Origin: a virus
Lineage: Duplodnaviria; Caudoviricetes
Reading direction: 5' to 3' (one strand)
Length of the DNA: 29,447 nt
IMG/VR virus record: IMGVR_UViG_3300030708_000696
Location: 1 to 29,447 of that record
Below, one piece after another: positions 1-9,113 of the stretch (within the stretch, counting starts at the first letter, position 1; each line of letters opens with the position of its first letter). The notes below the pieces were generated by a model. The model ran no database searches. It was not told the DNA's origin and saw nothing but the letters and a program-made list of their open reading frames with translations. The translations under genes and the position numbers were made by a program.

Positions 1-2
1 TG

Positions 3-854
3 GGCGGTATAGAATGGCAGACTATCACAACTATTGCTGGTATGTCTGGTAGCGGTAAAACTGCAATACTCGGTCAGCTTGAGACAGGACTAAAAGACCT
101 GAATCAGGATGAAGATTTTGCAATACTATCATTTAACTTCGAGATGTTATCCTCACGGCTTATCGGCCGTAAACTTAGTAATAAGATGAATATTACTACA
201 CAGCAGCTGTATAGTGCGTCAGAGACATTTAGTCTTAATGACAATTACTATATGAATGCAGTACAGGAAGCTCGTAAGTTAAATAAGTATGATATAAACT
301 ATGTAGATATACCAGGTAGTGTCAAATCTCTAGAAGCTACAATACTAGCTTTTGCAAAAGAAAAAGACAAACCTGTTATAATTATGCTAGATCATACTCT
401 ACTTGTAAAGAAGGCAGGTGGTGCGCAAGACAGAGATCTGTTGTACGATTTGATGGCTATGTTCAATGGCCTTAAGAAAGTTATTAGAGTTGCATTTATT
501 CTAATATCACAGATGAATCGTAACATAGAAGCGTCAGAGCGTATACAAAACCCTGATTTACATTACCCTAAAAAGCAAGACATCTTCGGTGCAGATGCAT
601 GTTACATGTATTCTGACATTGTTGTGGTAACACACAGACCAGAGATGCTTGGTATTAGGGCATACGGACCAAAGCGTTGGCCTACAGATAATGCTATATT
701 TTGGCACTATCTAAAGGTACGCGAAGGTGAGCCATGCATTGCTCTTATGGAGAATGACTTGGCACATAATCAAATATTAGATGCTAAACCACCAAGTTAT
801 TCGAGCAATGAAAGTGAAGAAGTACGAGAAGATAGTATCAAAGATACTACTTAA
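3..854 (+). CDS. dnaB: DnaB-like SF4 replicative helicase, C-terminal part (5'-truncated by window edge)
   Basis: The frame is open from nt 3 (GGIEWQTITTIAG-MSGSGKT), so the ATG at 42 is internal to Walker A AGMSGSGKT. Other SF4 motifs: SFNFEM (H1a), IIMLDH (Walker B), LISQMNR (H3), DIFGADACYMYSDIVV (H4) and LKVREG. Confidence 0.9.
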   Translation, partial: GGIEWQTITTIAGMSGSGKTAILGQLETGLKDLNQDEDFAILSFNFEMLSSRLIGRKLSNKMNITTQQLYSASETFSLNDNYYMNAVQEARKLNKYDINYVDIPGSVKSLEATILAFAKEKDKPVIIMLDHTLLVKKAGGAQDRDLLYDLMAMFNGLKKVIRVAFILISQMNRNIEASERIQNPDLHYPKKQDIFGADACYMYSDIVVVTHRPEMLGIRAYGPKRWPTDNAIFWHYLKVREGEPCIALMENDLAHNQILDAKPPSYSSNESEEVREDSIKDTT

Positions 855-1104
855 CAAGTTTACCGCTAGAAATAGCGATTACGTTCTCTACGCATTTGTA
901 TTGCTAGAATATGGTGTTGATATTAATACTCTAAGCACTAAAGATTTTCTAAAAGGTTTACACAACAAAACATACCCATCTTTCGAGGGCATAGGACGTT
1001 GTCGCCGTAAACTACAAGAGAATCATCCAGAGTTTAGAGGCACCAAATGGGCGGCAAGGCATGCAGAACAAGAAAAAGTAAAAACCGAAATCAATTTATT
1101 TTAA
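808..1104 (+). CDS. Hypothetical basic phage protein (~98 aa), possibly nucleic-acid binding
   Basis: The ORF track starts it at 781, but ATG 808 (MKVKKYEKIV) reduces the overlap with dnaB. The pattern ARNSD..L...PSFEGIGRCRRKLQ..HP resembles small uncharacterised phage proteins. Confidence 0.6.
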   Translation: MKVKKYEKIVSKILLNKFTARNSDYVLYAFVLLEYGVDINTLSTKDFLKGLHNKTYPSFEGIGRCRRKLQENHPEFRGTKWAARHAEQEKVKTEINLF

Positions 1105-1106
1105 TC

Positions 1107-1304
1107 ATGGAAGACAAAACAATTATGTGGGGATTTGAGCCTAAACCTCAACCCGAATCAATTCGTAGCGAAGAGCATCAAGAGTATCTTATTGCTACAT
1201 GGAACGCACATGTTCCTAAAGAAAAACAAGTTACAACCATACTTGAATTAATAGAAGCATTAAAAGCAGAAGTAGAAGAAGCAATTAAAGAAAATCAAAA
1301 CTAA
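1107..1304 (+). CDS. Hypothetical acidic protein (~65 aa)
   Basis: ATG 1107 lies 2 nt after the previous TAA, and its stop overlaps the next start (TAATG at 1302-1306). The track start at 1047 is less plausible. Confidence 0.6.
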   Translation: MEDKTIMWGFEPKPQPESIRSEEHQEYLIATWNAHVPKEKQVTTILELIEALKAEVEEAIKENQN

Positions 1305-1984
1305 TGGCACAAGAATTATTAATAGTTGGCGCAAGTGGTACAGGGAAATCCACTTCAATAGAAAACTTAAACCCTGAGTCTACATTTATTGTTAACGTGG
1401 CGCGCAAGGCGTTGCCATTCAAAGGATGGAAGACTAAATATCCTACATTCAACAAAGAGAATCCACAAGGTAGATTCTGTTCTACAGATACACCTAGTGA
1501 GATACTTGGCTGTTTGAATTACATCAATGATAAACGTCCTGAAATTAAGACGATTGTTATCGATGACTATCAATACACAATGGCAAACGAGTACATGCGT
1601 AGAGCTAACGAGACTGGTTTCAAAAAGTTTACTGAGATTGCTCAGAATGCTTGGTCGATAATCAATGCAGTTAAAGCTATGCGTGATGATTTGCTTGTAG
1701 TATTTATGATGCACTCAGAAGTTACATTTGACGCACACGGTAACAAAGTTACAAAAGCTAAAACTATCGGTAAAATGATGGACAACGTTGTAACTCTCGA
1801 GGGCATGTTTACTATTGTATTGTACACAGATGTCACAAAGAGTGAGACAGGTATGCAGTATTCGTTTATTACACAGAATGACGGTACTAATACAGGTAAA
1901 ACTCCAAAGGACATGTTTGGATCTGTTAAAATACCAAACGACTTGGCGTTGGTAGCAAAGGCTATCGAAGAGTATAATAATTAA
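1304..1984 (+). CDS. P-loop ATPase, AAA_24/Sak4-like single-strand annealing/recombination protein
   Basis: Walker A GASGTGKST near the N-terminus, Walker B IVIDD, then H-S-E and KT.GK motifs. Its 226-aa length and position next to a putative SSB are typical of phage Sak4-like genes. Confidence 0.8.
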   Translation: MAQELLIVGASGTGKSTSIENLNPESTFIVNVARKALPFKGWKTKYPTFNKENPQGRFCSTDTPSEILGCLNYINDKRPEIKTIVIDDYQYTMANEYMRRANETGFKKFTEIAQNAWSIINAVKAMRDDLLVVFMMHSEVTFDAHGNKVTKAKTIGKMMDNVVTLEGMFTIVLYTDVTKSETGMQYSFITQNDGTNTGKTPKDMFGSVKIPNDLALVAKAIEEYNN

Positions 1985-2001
1985 TTTTAAAAGAGAGAAA
2001 A

Positions 2002-2556
2002 ATGTACGGAAGTAACGTAGAAAGTAACAGTACAGGTGGTGCAGTACCATCGGTAGGTATTCAAGAGAATTGTGAACTTGTAAGTGTATCACTTAATATG
2101 GATAAAGGTGGTAGACTTGACTTCGAGTTCAAACAAGAAAATGGTGCAACAGTTAAGCATGCAGAGTTTCCTGCTAATCCAGACTATGGTGATGTAGAGA
2201 AGCAAGCTACAGATGTATCACGCCGTGTAAAGCATATTGCTACTAAGTTTATGCCTGAGTCTGAGTTTGTTATTGAGAGTGCTAGTTCATTTGCAGAGTA
2301 TGCAAATAAAGTGGTAGCTCTTATGGGTCAGAAGTTTCTAGGTAAGAAGTTTAGAATGCTATTTATTTACAAAGGTAAGTATGCATCTTTGCCAAAGTAT
2401 CCTAACTTTATCGAGTCTATGGATGTACCTGCAGATAAGACTAACATCTATATCTCAGACTACAACAAGAAGAAACTTGTTAAGCCTGAGCCAGATGCAG
2501 CACCAGTTACACCAGAAACAGTAATGGCCACAGGTGGCGCTGAGATGCCATTCTAA
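2002..2556 (+). CDS. Putative single-stranded DNA-binding protein
   Basis: Beta-rich N-terminal region, a flexible Pro/Ala/Gly tail ending AEMPF (SSB-like PF terminus), and position between the Sak4-like ATPase and the primase. Confidence 0.6.
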   Translation: MYGSNVESNSTGGAVPSVGIQENCELVSVSLNMDKGGRLDFEFKQENGATVKHAEFPANPDYGDVEKQATDVSRRVKHIATKFMPESEFVIESASSFAEYANKVVALMGQKFLGKKFRMLFIYKGKYASLPKYPNFIESMDVPADKTNIYISDYNKKKLVKPEPDAAPVTPETVMATGGAEMPF

Positions 2557-3629
2557 TGTATGGTAGTAAAGTAGTAGAACTAAGCGATGATGAAATTCTA
2601 AGCAGAATAAGCTGCATAGACATCTTTGCATACTATATAGGTAAAGACTTTAGGTTGGGGAGAGCTATATGCTCTCCTCTTCGTAAGGATAAATCACCTT
2701 CTTTTACTATCTTTAAGCACAACAGTGGTAAATACTTTTTCAAAGACTTTAGCACTGGTGATTCAGGTGATTGCTTTACATTTCTAACAAAAATGTATGC
2801 ACTTAAAAGGTTTGATACATACCGTCTTGTAGATAACGACTTTCAGTTGGGTATATCTACAAGATCTTTTAGCACTCCTACTAAGCAATATGTAGGCGAG
2901 CATTTGAAAGAATATAAACATGTAGAACCATCTTCTACTACAATACAAATTAAATCACGTCCTTGGAATAATAAAGAGGACAAACAATTTTGGTCTAAAT
3001 ATGGAATATGTTGTAACATCCTTAATCGATTTCACGTTAGACCCGCAGAACACGTGTGGGTTAATGATAGGCTCGTTGTTAGCGCTAATCGCTACAATCC
3101 TATATATACGTATGATTTTGGGCAAGGAAAAATGAAAATATACCAACCGCATAGCAAATACAAATGGCTTAGTAATACTAGTGCATCTGACCTTCAAGGT
3201 TTGAGCCAACTACCTGATCGTGGTGATACACTAGTAATTACTAAATCATTGAAAGATGTTATGTGTTTGAGTATATGGGATATACCTGCTGTAGCTCCTT
3301 CATCGGAGAGTTGTGTCATTCCTGCAGATATTGTCAAGAATTTATATGACAGATTTGCACGAATATACATACTTTATGACTTTGACAGGACTGGCGTATC
3401 TTTTGCTAATAAACATAGGAAACTGTATGGATTTACACCGTTATTTTTTACCAACGGAAAATTTAATACCTTTGACTACAAAGCAAAAGACTTATCAGAC
3501 TTTATATCTAACAAAGGTTTGAGAGCTGCTGCAGAATTAATAGAATACACATGCCAAGAGGAATATTTATACCAGGGAACGTACCCTCAAGTAAGAATGG
3601 GAGAAGATGGACGGGCAGATACTTTATAG
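2556..3629 (+). CDS. dnaG: DnaG-type (Toprim) DNA primase
   Basis: N-terminal degenerate zinc-binding-domain-like segment (CSPLRKDKSPSF...FKDFSTG.SGD.F.F) and Toprim motifs LVITKSLKDVM, YDFDRTG (DxD) and KDLSD. TAATG coupling to the upstream gene. Confidence 0.85.
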   Translation: MYGSKVVELSDDEILSRISCIDIFAYYIGKDFRLGRAICSPLRKDKSPSFTIFKHNSGKYFFKDFSTGDSGDCFTFLTKMYALKRFDTYRLVDNDFQLGISTRSFSTPTKQYVGEHLKEYKHVEPSSTTIQIKSRPWNNKEDKQFWSKYGICCNILNRFHVRPAEHVWVNDRLVVSANRYNPIYTYDFGQGKMKIYQPHSKYKWLSNTSASDLQGLSQLPDRGDTLVITKSLKDVMCLSIWDIPAVAPSSESCVIPADIVKNLYDRFARIYILYDFDRTGVSFANKHRKLYGFTPLFFTNGKFNTFDYKAKDLSDFISNKGLRAAAELIEYTCQEEYLYQGTYPQVRMGEDGRADTL

Positions 3630-3937
3630 TTTCTAAACAAACTCAACGATACTACAAAAACAGTAAGAAGTATTGGATAGAGTATAAGAAAGAATTCAAA
3701 AAATTATTAAAAGGAAAAGATTCACAGAACAAAGCGCCATATCGAATCACGTTTAAGTTTGTACGCAAGAGTAGACATAAGTTTGACTACATAAATCCTG
3801 CACAAACTGTACAAGATCAGATGGTAAAATACGGGTGGATAACTGATGATAATGCGGAAGAAATGATTCCTATATTCTTAGAGTTTGAATACAATAAAGA
3901 TAACCCAGGAGTTTATATTAATGTTTTAAAATCTTAA
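3551..3937 (+). CDS. RusA-like Holliday junction resolvase
   Basis: IPGNVPSSKN...RKSRHKFDYIN..Q...D.MVKYGWITDDN matches the RusA pattern (P-S-x-N; D-x-x-N; D; DD). 128 aa and basic. Confidence 0.7.
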   Translation: MPRGIFIPGNVPSSKNGRRWTGRYFIVSKQTQRYYKNSKKYWIEYKKEFKKLLKGKDSQNKAPYRITFKFVRKSRHKFDYINPAQTVQDQMVKYGWITDDNAEEMIPIFLEFEYNKDNPGVYINVLKS

Positions 3938-3939
3938 AA

Positions 3940-4257
3940 ATGTCTAAACCTAAAATTACATATCCAGAAGCATTCAAAGAAAAGTGCTTTAACAATCTTA
4001 GATTCTTTATGGATATACGTCTACTGATGTCTGCTATAGACTCAGGGCGAGATAACGTTGTGCGTTATTATCTTGAGCAAGCAATAGAAGATCCAGAACT
4101 GTATATTAATGAACATATACTAGATGATGGTTCTCGTAGAATTGCTAATGCAAGAATTCATGCACATAAAGTACGGCAGGAGCTGTACACAGAATACATG
4201 GAATTATTAACTAAAACACTAGATAAAGAAAATGTCGAGTCAAGATTACTACGCTAA
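3940..4257 (+). CDS. Hypothetical protein (105 aa)
   Basis: Fills the gap in the tightly packed operon with an A-rich leader; no recognisable motif. Confidence 0.65.
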   Translation: MSKPKITYPEAFKEKCFNNLRFFMDIRLLMSAIDSGRDNVVRYYLEQAIEDPELYINEHILDDGSRRIANARIHAHKVRQELYTEYMELLTKTLDKENVESRLLR

Positions 4258-5212
4258 AGCAGATATTTCAAATAGTGACTTGGGATACTTAAAACTATCT
4301 CCAAGACAATTTGTAATGCGAAAACAGCAAGAAATGCAAACAAAAAGCGGCGCTATGCAGCTTGGTACTCTTATTCATAAATACACTCTAGAGCCAGATG
4401 AGTTTATCATGGCTGATATAGAACCTGTCGGAGGTAAGATGGGAGAATATATTAGAGCGTATTTTGAGCTAGAGAAAGTGGGTACACCAGAAGATAAGAT
4501 ACCTGATATGGCGTATCAGATGTCTGGTTATAAACCATCGCATTCTAAACCAGAAACTATCCTCAAAAGTTTTAAGAAGAAAGAAGAGAATGTAAAATTC
4601 TATGAGTTTCTAAAAGCTGCTGATGGGAAGATTGCGCTAAATCAGAAAGATAGACAGATCATTGAAGGATGTAAAACATCTTTAGCTGCACATGTTGTAT
4701 CAAATAAATTATTATTTACAGATCCAGAAGGAAATGTAGAGACTTTTAACGAGAAAGAAATTTATTTCAAACAGCATGATGTAGGATGTAAGTCTAAGCT
4801 AGACAGAATTATTGTAGATCATGATAATAAAACTGTAACAATTGTAGATCTTAAAACTACAAGTGCTCAGGTTTATGGAGAGTGTGAACCACTCAAAACT
4901 AAAACTGGTATATTGTATAGAGATTGGCATACAACAGGATTTATGTATTCATGTTTGCAGTATTCATACTACAGACAGCTAGCATTTTATATTAATGCTG
5001 TTGTTGCTGAATATCCAGATTATAGAGTAGAAGCTTTTATTATTGCTGTAGACACGAAAGGGTCTTACGATGTGGCAGTATACAAGCTACCTGAAGAGTG
5101 GATTGAAGAAGGTAACAACGAAATAAAATGTTTGCTTACTGAATATAAATATTACAAAGAGAGTAATAATTTTAACGTAAAACAAGGGTTCGAAGAAGCC
5201 GTAACTTATTAA
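4232..5212 (+). CDS. PD-(D/E)XK exonuclease, RecE/exonuclease VIII-like (DUF3799-type)
   Basis: YY....ISNSDL, GTLIH..TLEP, E.EIYF, KSKLDRI, IVDLKTT and YYRQLAFY motifs. Confidence 0.85.
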   Translation: MSSQDYYAKADISNSDLGYLKLSPRQFVMRKQQEMQTKSGAMQLGTLIHKYTLEPDEFIMADIEPVGGKMGEYIRAYFELEKVGTPEDKIPDMAYQMSGYKPSHSKPETILKSFKKKEENVKFYEFLKAADGKIALNQKDRQIIEGCKTSLAAHVVSNKLLFTDPEGNVETFNEKEIYFKQHDVGCKSKLDRIIVDHDNKTVTIVDLKTTSAQVYGECEPLKTKTGILYRDWHTTGFMYSCLQYSYYRQLAFYINAVVAEYPDYRVEAFIIAVDTKGSYDVAVYKLPEEWIEEGNNEIKCLLTEYKYYKESNNFNVKQGFEEAVTY

Positions 5213-5712
5213 TGGGTAAGACTATGAAGACGAAATCATATACATATATATTGCCAATGATGGCATATTTTATGGATATAAAAAAACGTAATCTAGTCAA
5301 CACCTATGTAGGATCTAAAGATCATCCAGAATTGGATAATCATATATTCCTACTCTATAAGTTTCATGGTACTAAGGAATTTATATTATATGAAGAGTAT
5401 TTAGAAGGTAGATCTATATTTCACAGCAAATATGACCCTGATAAACATCATGTAATGTTTGTATTTAATGTCCCAGAGGACTACCAGAGTATTTACGATC
5501 AATATAAGAAAGGTAAATACTCAGAGTTTCCACAGGATTATAAAATACAGATTTTTAAATTCCATAATATAACTGATGCGTCTCATAGAGTTGCAAAAGT
5601 TTTATTCAAACATCCAGATCTCAGAGAGGAATTAGAAGATAGGATAGGTGCAGAAATACCTGAGGATGCGGAGGTTTCTTCCATACCAGATATGAATCTA
5701 GAAAAACACTAA
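5212..5712 (+). CDS. Hypothetical protein (166 aa)
   Basis: TAATG-coupled to the nuclease gene; aromatic-rich (FNVP..Y...Y..YKKGKYSEF); function unknown. Confidence 0.7.
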   Translation: MGKTMKTKSYTYILPMMAYFMDIKKRNLVNTYVGSKDHPELDNHIFLLYKFHGTKEFILYEEYLEGRSIFHSKYDPDKHHVMFVFNVPEDYQSIYDQYKKGKYSEFPQDYKIQIFKFHNITDASHRVAKVLFKHPDLREELEDRIGAEIPEDAEVSSIPDMNLEKH

Positions 5713-5716
5713 ACAA

Positions 5717-8125
5717 TTGAAATTACAACAACAGCATCACGTTGATGAAGTCATCGGGGTGCAAAAACAACACAAATTCAAAATTACGGACGGATCACAG
5801 GCTATCATTATGGATAGCCTGATTAATTTATACTCGGACCCTATTGGTTCGATTGTCCGTGAGATCACTTCTAACTGTATTGATGCAAATCGTGAGCGAA
5901 ATCTAAAGATAGACGGTAAGATTCCTATGGAAACAGAGGATGATAAGTCTTTCTGGTCTAATCGCGAAACGGTTTGTATCGAATACATTACGAAGAACAC
6001 CATCCTAGGCGTGGATGAGTGTATGATGTTCCACGATTATGGTTGTGGTCTATCTCAGAAGCGTGTGCAAGATGTATTTACTACATTCGGCGCATCAACT
6101 AAGAGAGATAACAACTATGAGATCGGTGGTTTTGGCCTCGGTGCAAAGTCACCTCTGGCTTATGCAGATACCTTCTATGTATCTAGTAGACATAATGGTA
6201 CTGAGACATATTATATGATCTATCGTAACAACGATAACGTTCCACATATGGATCAGGTATATCAGGCAGCTACAGATCAGCAGAATGGTACTACTATTAT
6301 TGTACCTATTAAGAAAAGCTATGATGCTTCTGACTTTAGAAGTGCTATTAGTAATCAACTTGCATACTTTGACAACATTGTACTAAAGAATGTTGAAGAA
6401 GGTATAGGTGCAGTTCGCAACTATTACCATCATAAAAGTGTAATAGAAGAGACAGATTCTTATATTATTACTAGTGATGGTGCAGACCCATGTCTTCTTG
6501 TAGGTAGAGTTAGGTATCCTATCAATTGGGATTTACTAAAAGGTGTAGACAAGTATGATTTTAATGCTAGTGTAGCTTTTAAGTTCCAGATTGGTGTGCT
6601 TGATCTTGTACCTTCTCGCGAAGAGATACGATACACTCCTAAAACTATCACACTTATTCAGACGGCTCTTAATAATGTGAAGAAACAGTTTAAGGATGAT
6701 CTATCAAATAAGTATTCTGATCTTACAGACTATATTGAGTATTTGCTTGCCATATCTAATATAGGTAATGGTGGTTATCGGTATTCATGTCTTACAAGTA
6801 GTGACCCATCAGCTGTAAAAGCTAGTATGGCACAACTAACAGCTTATGATGTGCCTTACAAACCTAATGAGCAGCTTACTCCTGGTGCCCAGTACAATGG
6901 CGGTAACGCCTTTCATCAACTTTTTGATGGTATATCTGTGTATCACTGTAAGAAAACTAGCAACTCTTCTGCTATAGGCGGTGAGACTATATACAACAAA
7001 GAGATATTTGACTGGCCTACATTCTTTAATGCTATGAAAGAAGTGGAGCATATGTATTATGTACAAGGTAACTTTAATAAACTTAAAAGTTATGGTATTA
7101 TAAATGATAGAGAAGAGCAATCTTTTATAGCATTTAAAACAGATGTACATAAGATAGGTGCTAAACTTGATGCTAAATCTCATAATCTTAGTGATTCTCG
7201 TAAAGGTTTCGAGAAGACAGCTACATTTAATACTGTAACTAGACTTCTTAGTAAATCTAAATTTACAATGTCATATGATGATGTAGAAGATGCAGTGCTT
7301 GATGAGGCTCATGGTGATGTGGTTGATAACAAGACTCGTCGTAAGATAAACAAGATGGTGTTTGCTCGTGATGCTTATGTTAAAAATACTGGTTATGAGG
7401 TAGGCATTAAGCATTCTAATAACGAGTATAAGATTTCTGATCTTCAGGAGAAGCTGCAGGCAGAAAATCCTACTTTAAAAGCTGTTGTCTATGCTGAAAC
7501 TAAAGATATATGTGAACTTGATAAGGTTACTAAGATACTTAGCAGTGATCAAAATAATATCACCAGTCCGTATGGTGGTTATGATTCTTATTTCAGTAAA
7601 GGACCTTACAGAGTTCTAAAAGTATCTAAAGATGTAGCAAAAGAGTTTAAAGATTTAGAAGGATTTATAACAGCACATGAGTTTATGAAAAGCCCAAAAC
7701 ACCTGCAGAGATTTATTACTGCACAGCAAATCGGTAAGTATATAGAAAGTTTTAGATTCCTACGTAACTATGGTGATTATGATGGACCATTGTATGGTTT
7801 ATACAATGCTCTTGATAGGTATTATGAGAGCAATACCAATAGTTGTTGGCGTTGTGACGATGATATGAAACCTATAGTTAAAGAGATTATGAAACTAGAT
7901 ATACCAGACGAGGTTAGGTATAATATGAAGATGATAGATAAGCTAGAAGAAGTGATAGAATATTCTCAAGGTTTAGACCTTTTGAACCATGTAGATTTTA
8001 CTTCTAGAGCTAGGAAATCTATTAAAGATTTCTTATCTTTAAAGGACAAAATGCCTGACAATCAACAAGTTAAATTAACATTAACAGCTAAAAATCAAAA
8101 TGAAAATGAACTACTTAGTAGCTAA
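5717..8125 (+). CDS. rIIA: rIIA-like protein (N-terminal GHKL/Hsp90-type ATPase domain)
   Basis: LYSDPIGSIVREITSNCIDA, DYGCGLS, STKRDNNYEIGGFGLGAKSP, NGTTIIVP and F.IG.LDLVPSREE are rIIA-type motifs. TTG start; directly upstream of an rIIB-like gene. Confidence 0.88.
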   Translation: MKLQQQHHVDEVIGVQKQHKFKITDGSQAIIMDSLINLYSDPIGSIVREITSNCIDANRERNLKIDGKIPMETEDDKSFWSNRETVCIEYITKNTILGVDECMMFHDYGCGLSQKRVQDVFTTFGASTKRDNNYEIGGFGLGAKSPLAYADTFYVSSRHNGTETYYMIYRNNDNVPHMDQVYQAATDQQNGTTIIVPIKKSYDASDFRSAISNQLAYFDNIVLKNVEEGIGAVRNYYHHKSVIEETDSYIITSDGADPCLLVGRVRYPINWDLLKGVDKYDFNASVAFKFQIGVLDLVPSREEIRYTPKTITLIQTALNNVKKQFKDDLSNKYSDLTDYIEYLLAISNIGNGGYRYSCLTSSDPSAVKASMAQLTAYDVPYKPNEQLTPGAQYNGGNAFHQLFDGISVYHCKKTSNSSAIGGETIYNKEIFDWPTFFNAMKEVEHMYYVQGNFNKLKSYGIINDREEQSFIAFKTDVHKIGAKLDAKSHNLSDSRKGFEKTATFNTVTRLLSKSKFTMSYDDVEDAVLDEAHGDVVDNKTRRKINKMVFARDAYVKNTGYEVGIKHSNNEYKISDLQEKLQAENPTLKAVVYAETKDICELDKVTKILSSDQNNITSPYGGYDSYFSKGPYRVLKVSKDVAKEFKDLEGFITAHEFMKSPKHLQRFITAQQIGKYIESFRFLRNYGDYDGPLYGLYNALDRYYESNTNSCWRCDDDMKPIVKEIMKLDIPDEVRYNMKMIDKLEEVIEYSQGLDLLNHVDFTSRARKSIKDFLSLKDKMPDNQQVKLTLTAKNQNENELLSS

Positions 8126-9113
8126 AGTAACACCTAGTGATGTTACAGTAATTATTGATGGAAAGCACAAGAGAATCCGAAAGGATTCTCCTGATGCTGA
8201 ATTGGTTATTGCTCTCGTAAAGCAATACAATTCTTGTAATATTCTTGAAGAGAGACAAGATATTATTACAAAGATAGAAGAACTTTGCAATCCTGCAAAG
8301 AAAATCGAATTTAATTCTGATGGTAGATTTGAATTCGATGGTAATTCAGCTATGTATCTTAAAGGTACAAGCGATCCGATACCTGAGTTTCTTGCCAAAA
8401 AGCTTTTGGAGTATATCGACAAAGGTTTGAACGTAGAAGCTCTGGTTAACTTCTGGAAGAACACACTGCTTAATCCTGACAAAGGTGTAAGACAGCAGTT
8501 GTTCAGCTTCTTGGAACATAATGGTCATCCTATTACAGACAAAGGTTATTTCTTGGCATACAAAGCTGTTGCTATTAAACGTAAGTTTGATGTAGAAACA
8601 GGTGAGGAAATAATTAAGGTTCGTTATGATGAAGAGACAGGTGAGCGTGTAGAAGAGAAACTATCTCAGTCTATGACGTTTAAGCCTTTTCATTCTGGCT
8701 CACATGGTATGACTATTAAAGTCGGCACGCCTATAACAATGCCGAGAGAAGAGTGTGACTCTGATCCTGATGTAACATGTTCAGCAGGTCTACACGTAGG
8801 TTCTATGGCGTATGTTCACGATTTCGGACATAGTGATAGAGTAGTATTGGAAGTATTGGTTAGTCCTCGTAATGTTGTAGCGGTGCCATCTGACTACAAT
8901 AATACGAAGATGCGTACTTGTGAGTACTATCCTATTGCTATTACAAATGGTGAGAATGAGAACATTTATCTCGAATCTGATTATGCTGCCCATGATCATG
9001 AAACTATGCAAGACGACATCGTTAAATACGAGGAGTCTAAGAGAGATGTAATCAAGGAAATCGAGCGAGAGCTTGCAGAACGGAAAGCAATAGCTGAAGA
9101 ATTGGTATCATGA
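8100..9113 (+). CDS. rIIB: rIIB-like protein
   Basis: L.NFW...LLNP, LFSFLEH...PIT.KGYFLAYKAV, MPR..CDSDP..TCSAGLHVGS and V.V.P.NVVAVP.DYNNTKMRTCEY are the conserved rIIB C-terminal motifs. Start may be 8100 or 8106. Confidence 0.88.
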   Translation: MKMNYLVAKVTPSDVTVIIDGKHKRIRKDSPDAELVIALVKQYNSCNILEERQDIITKIEELCNPAKKIEFNSDGRFEFDGNSAMYLKGTSDPIPEFLAKKLLEYIDKGLNVEALVNFWKNTLLNPDKGVRQQLFSFLEHNGHPITDKGYFLAYKAVAIKRKFDVETGEEIIKVRYDEETGERVEEKLSQSMTFKPFHSGSHGMTIKVGTPITMPREECDSDPDVTCSAGLHVGSMAYVHDFGHSDRVVLEVLVSPRNVVAVPSDYNNTKMRTCEYYPIAITNGENENIYLESDYAAHDHETMQDDIVKYEESKRDVIKEIERELAERKAIAEELVS

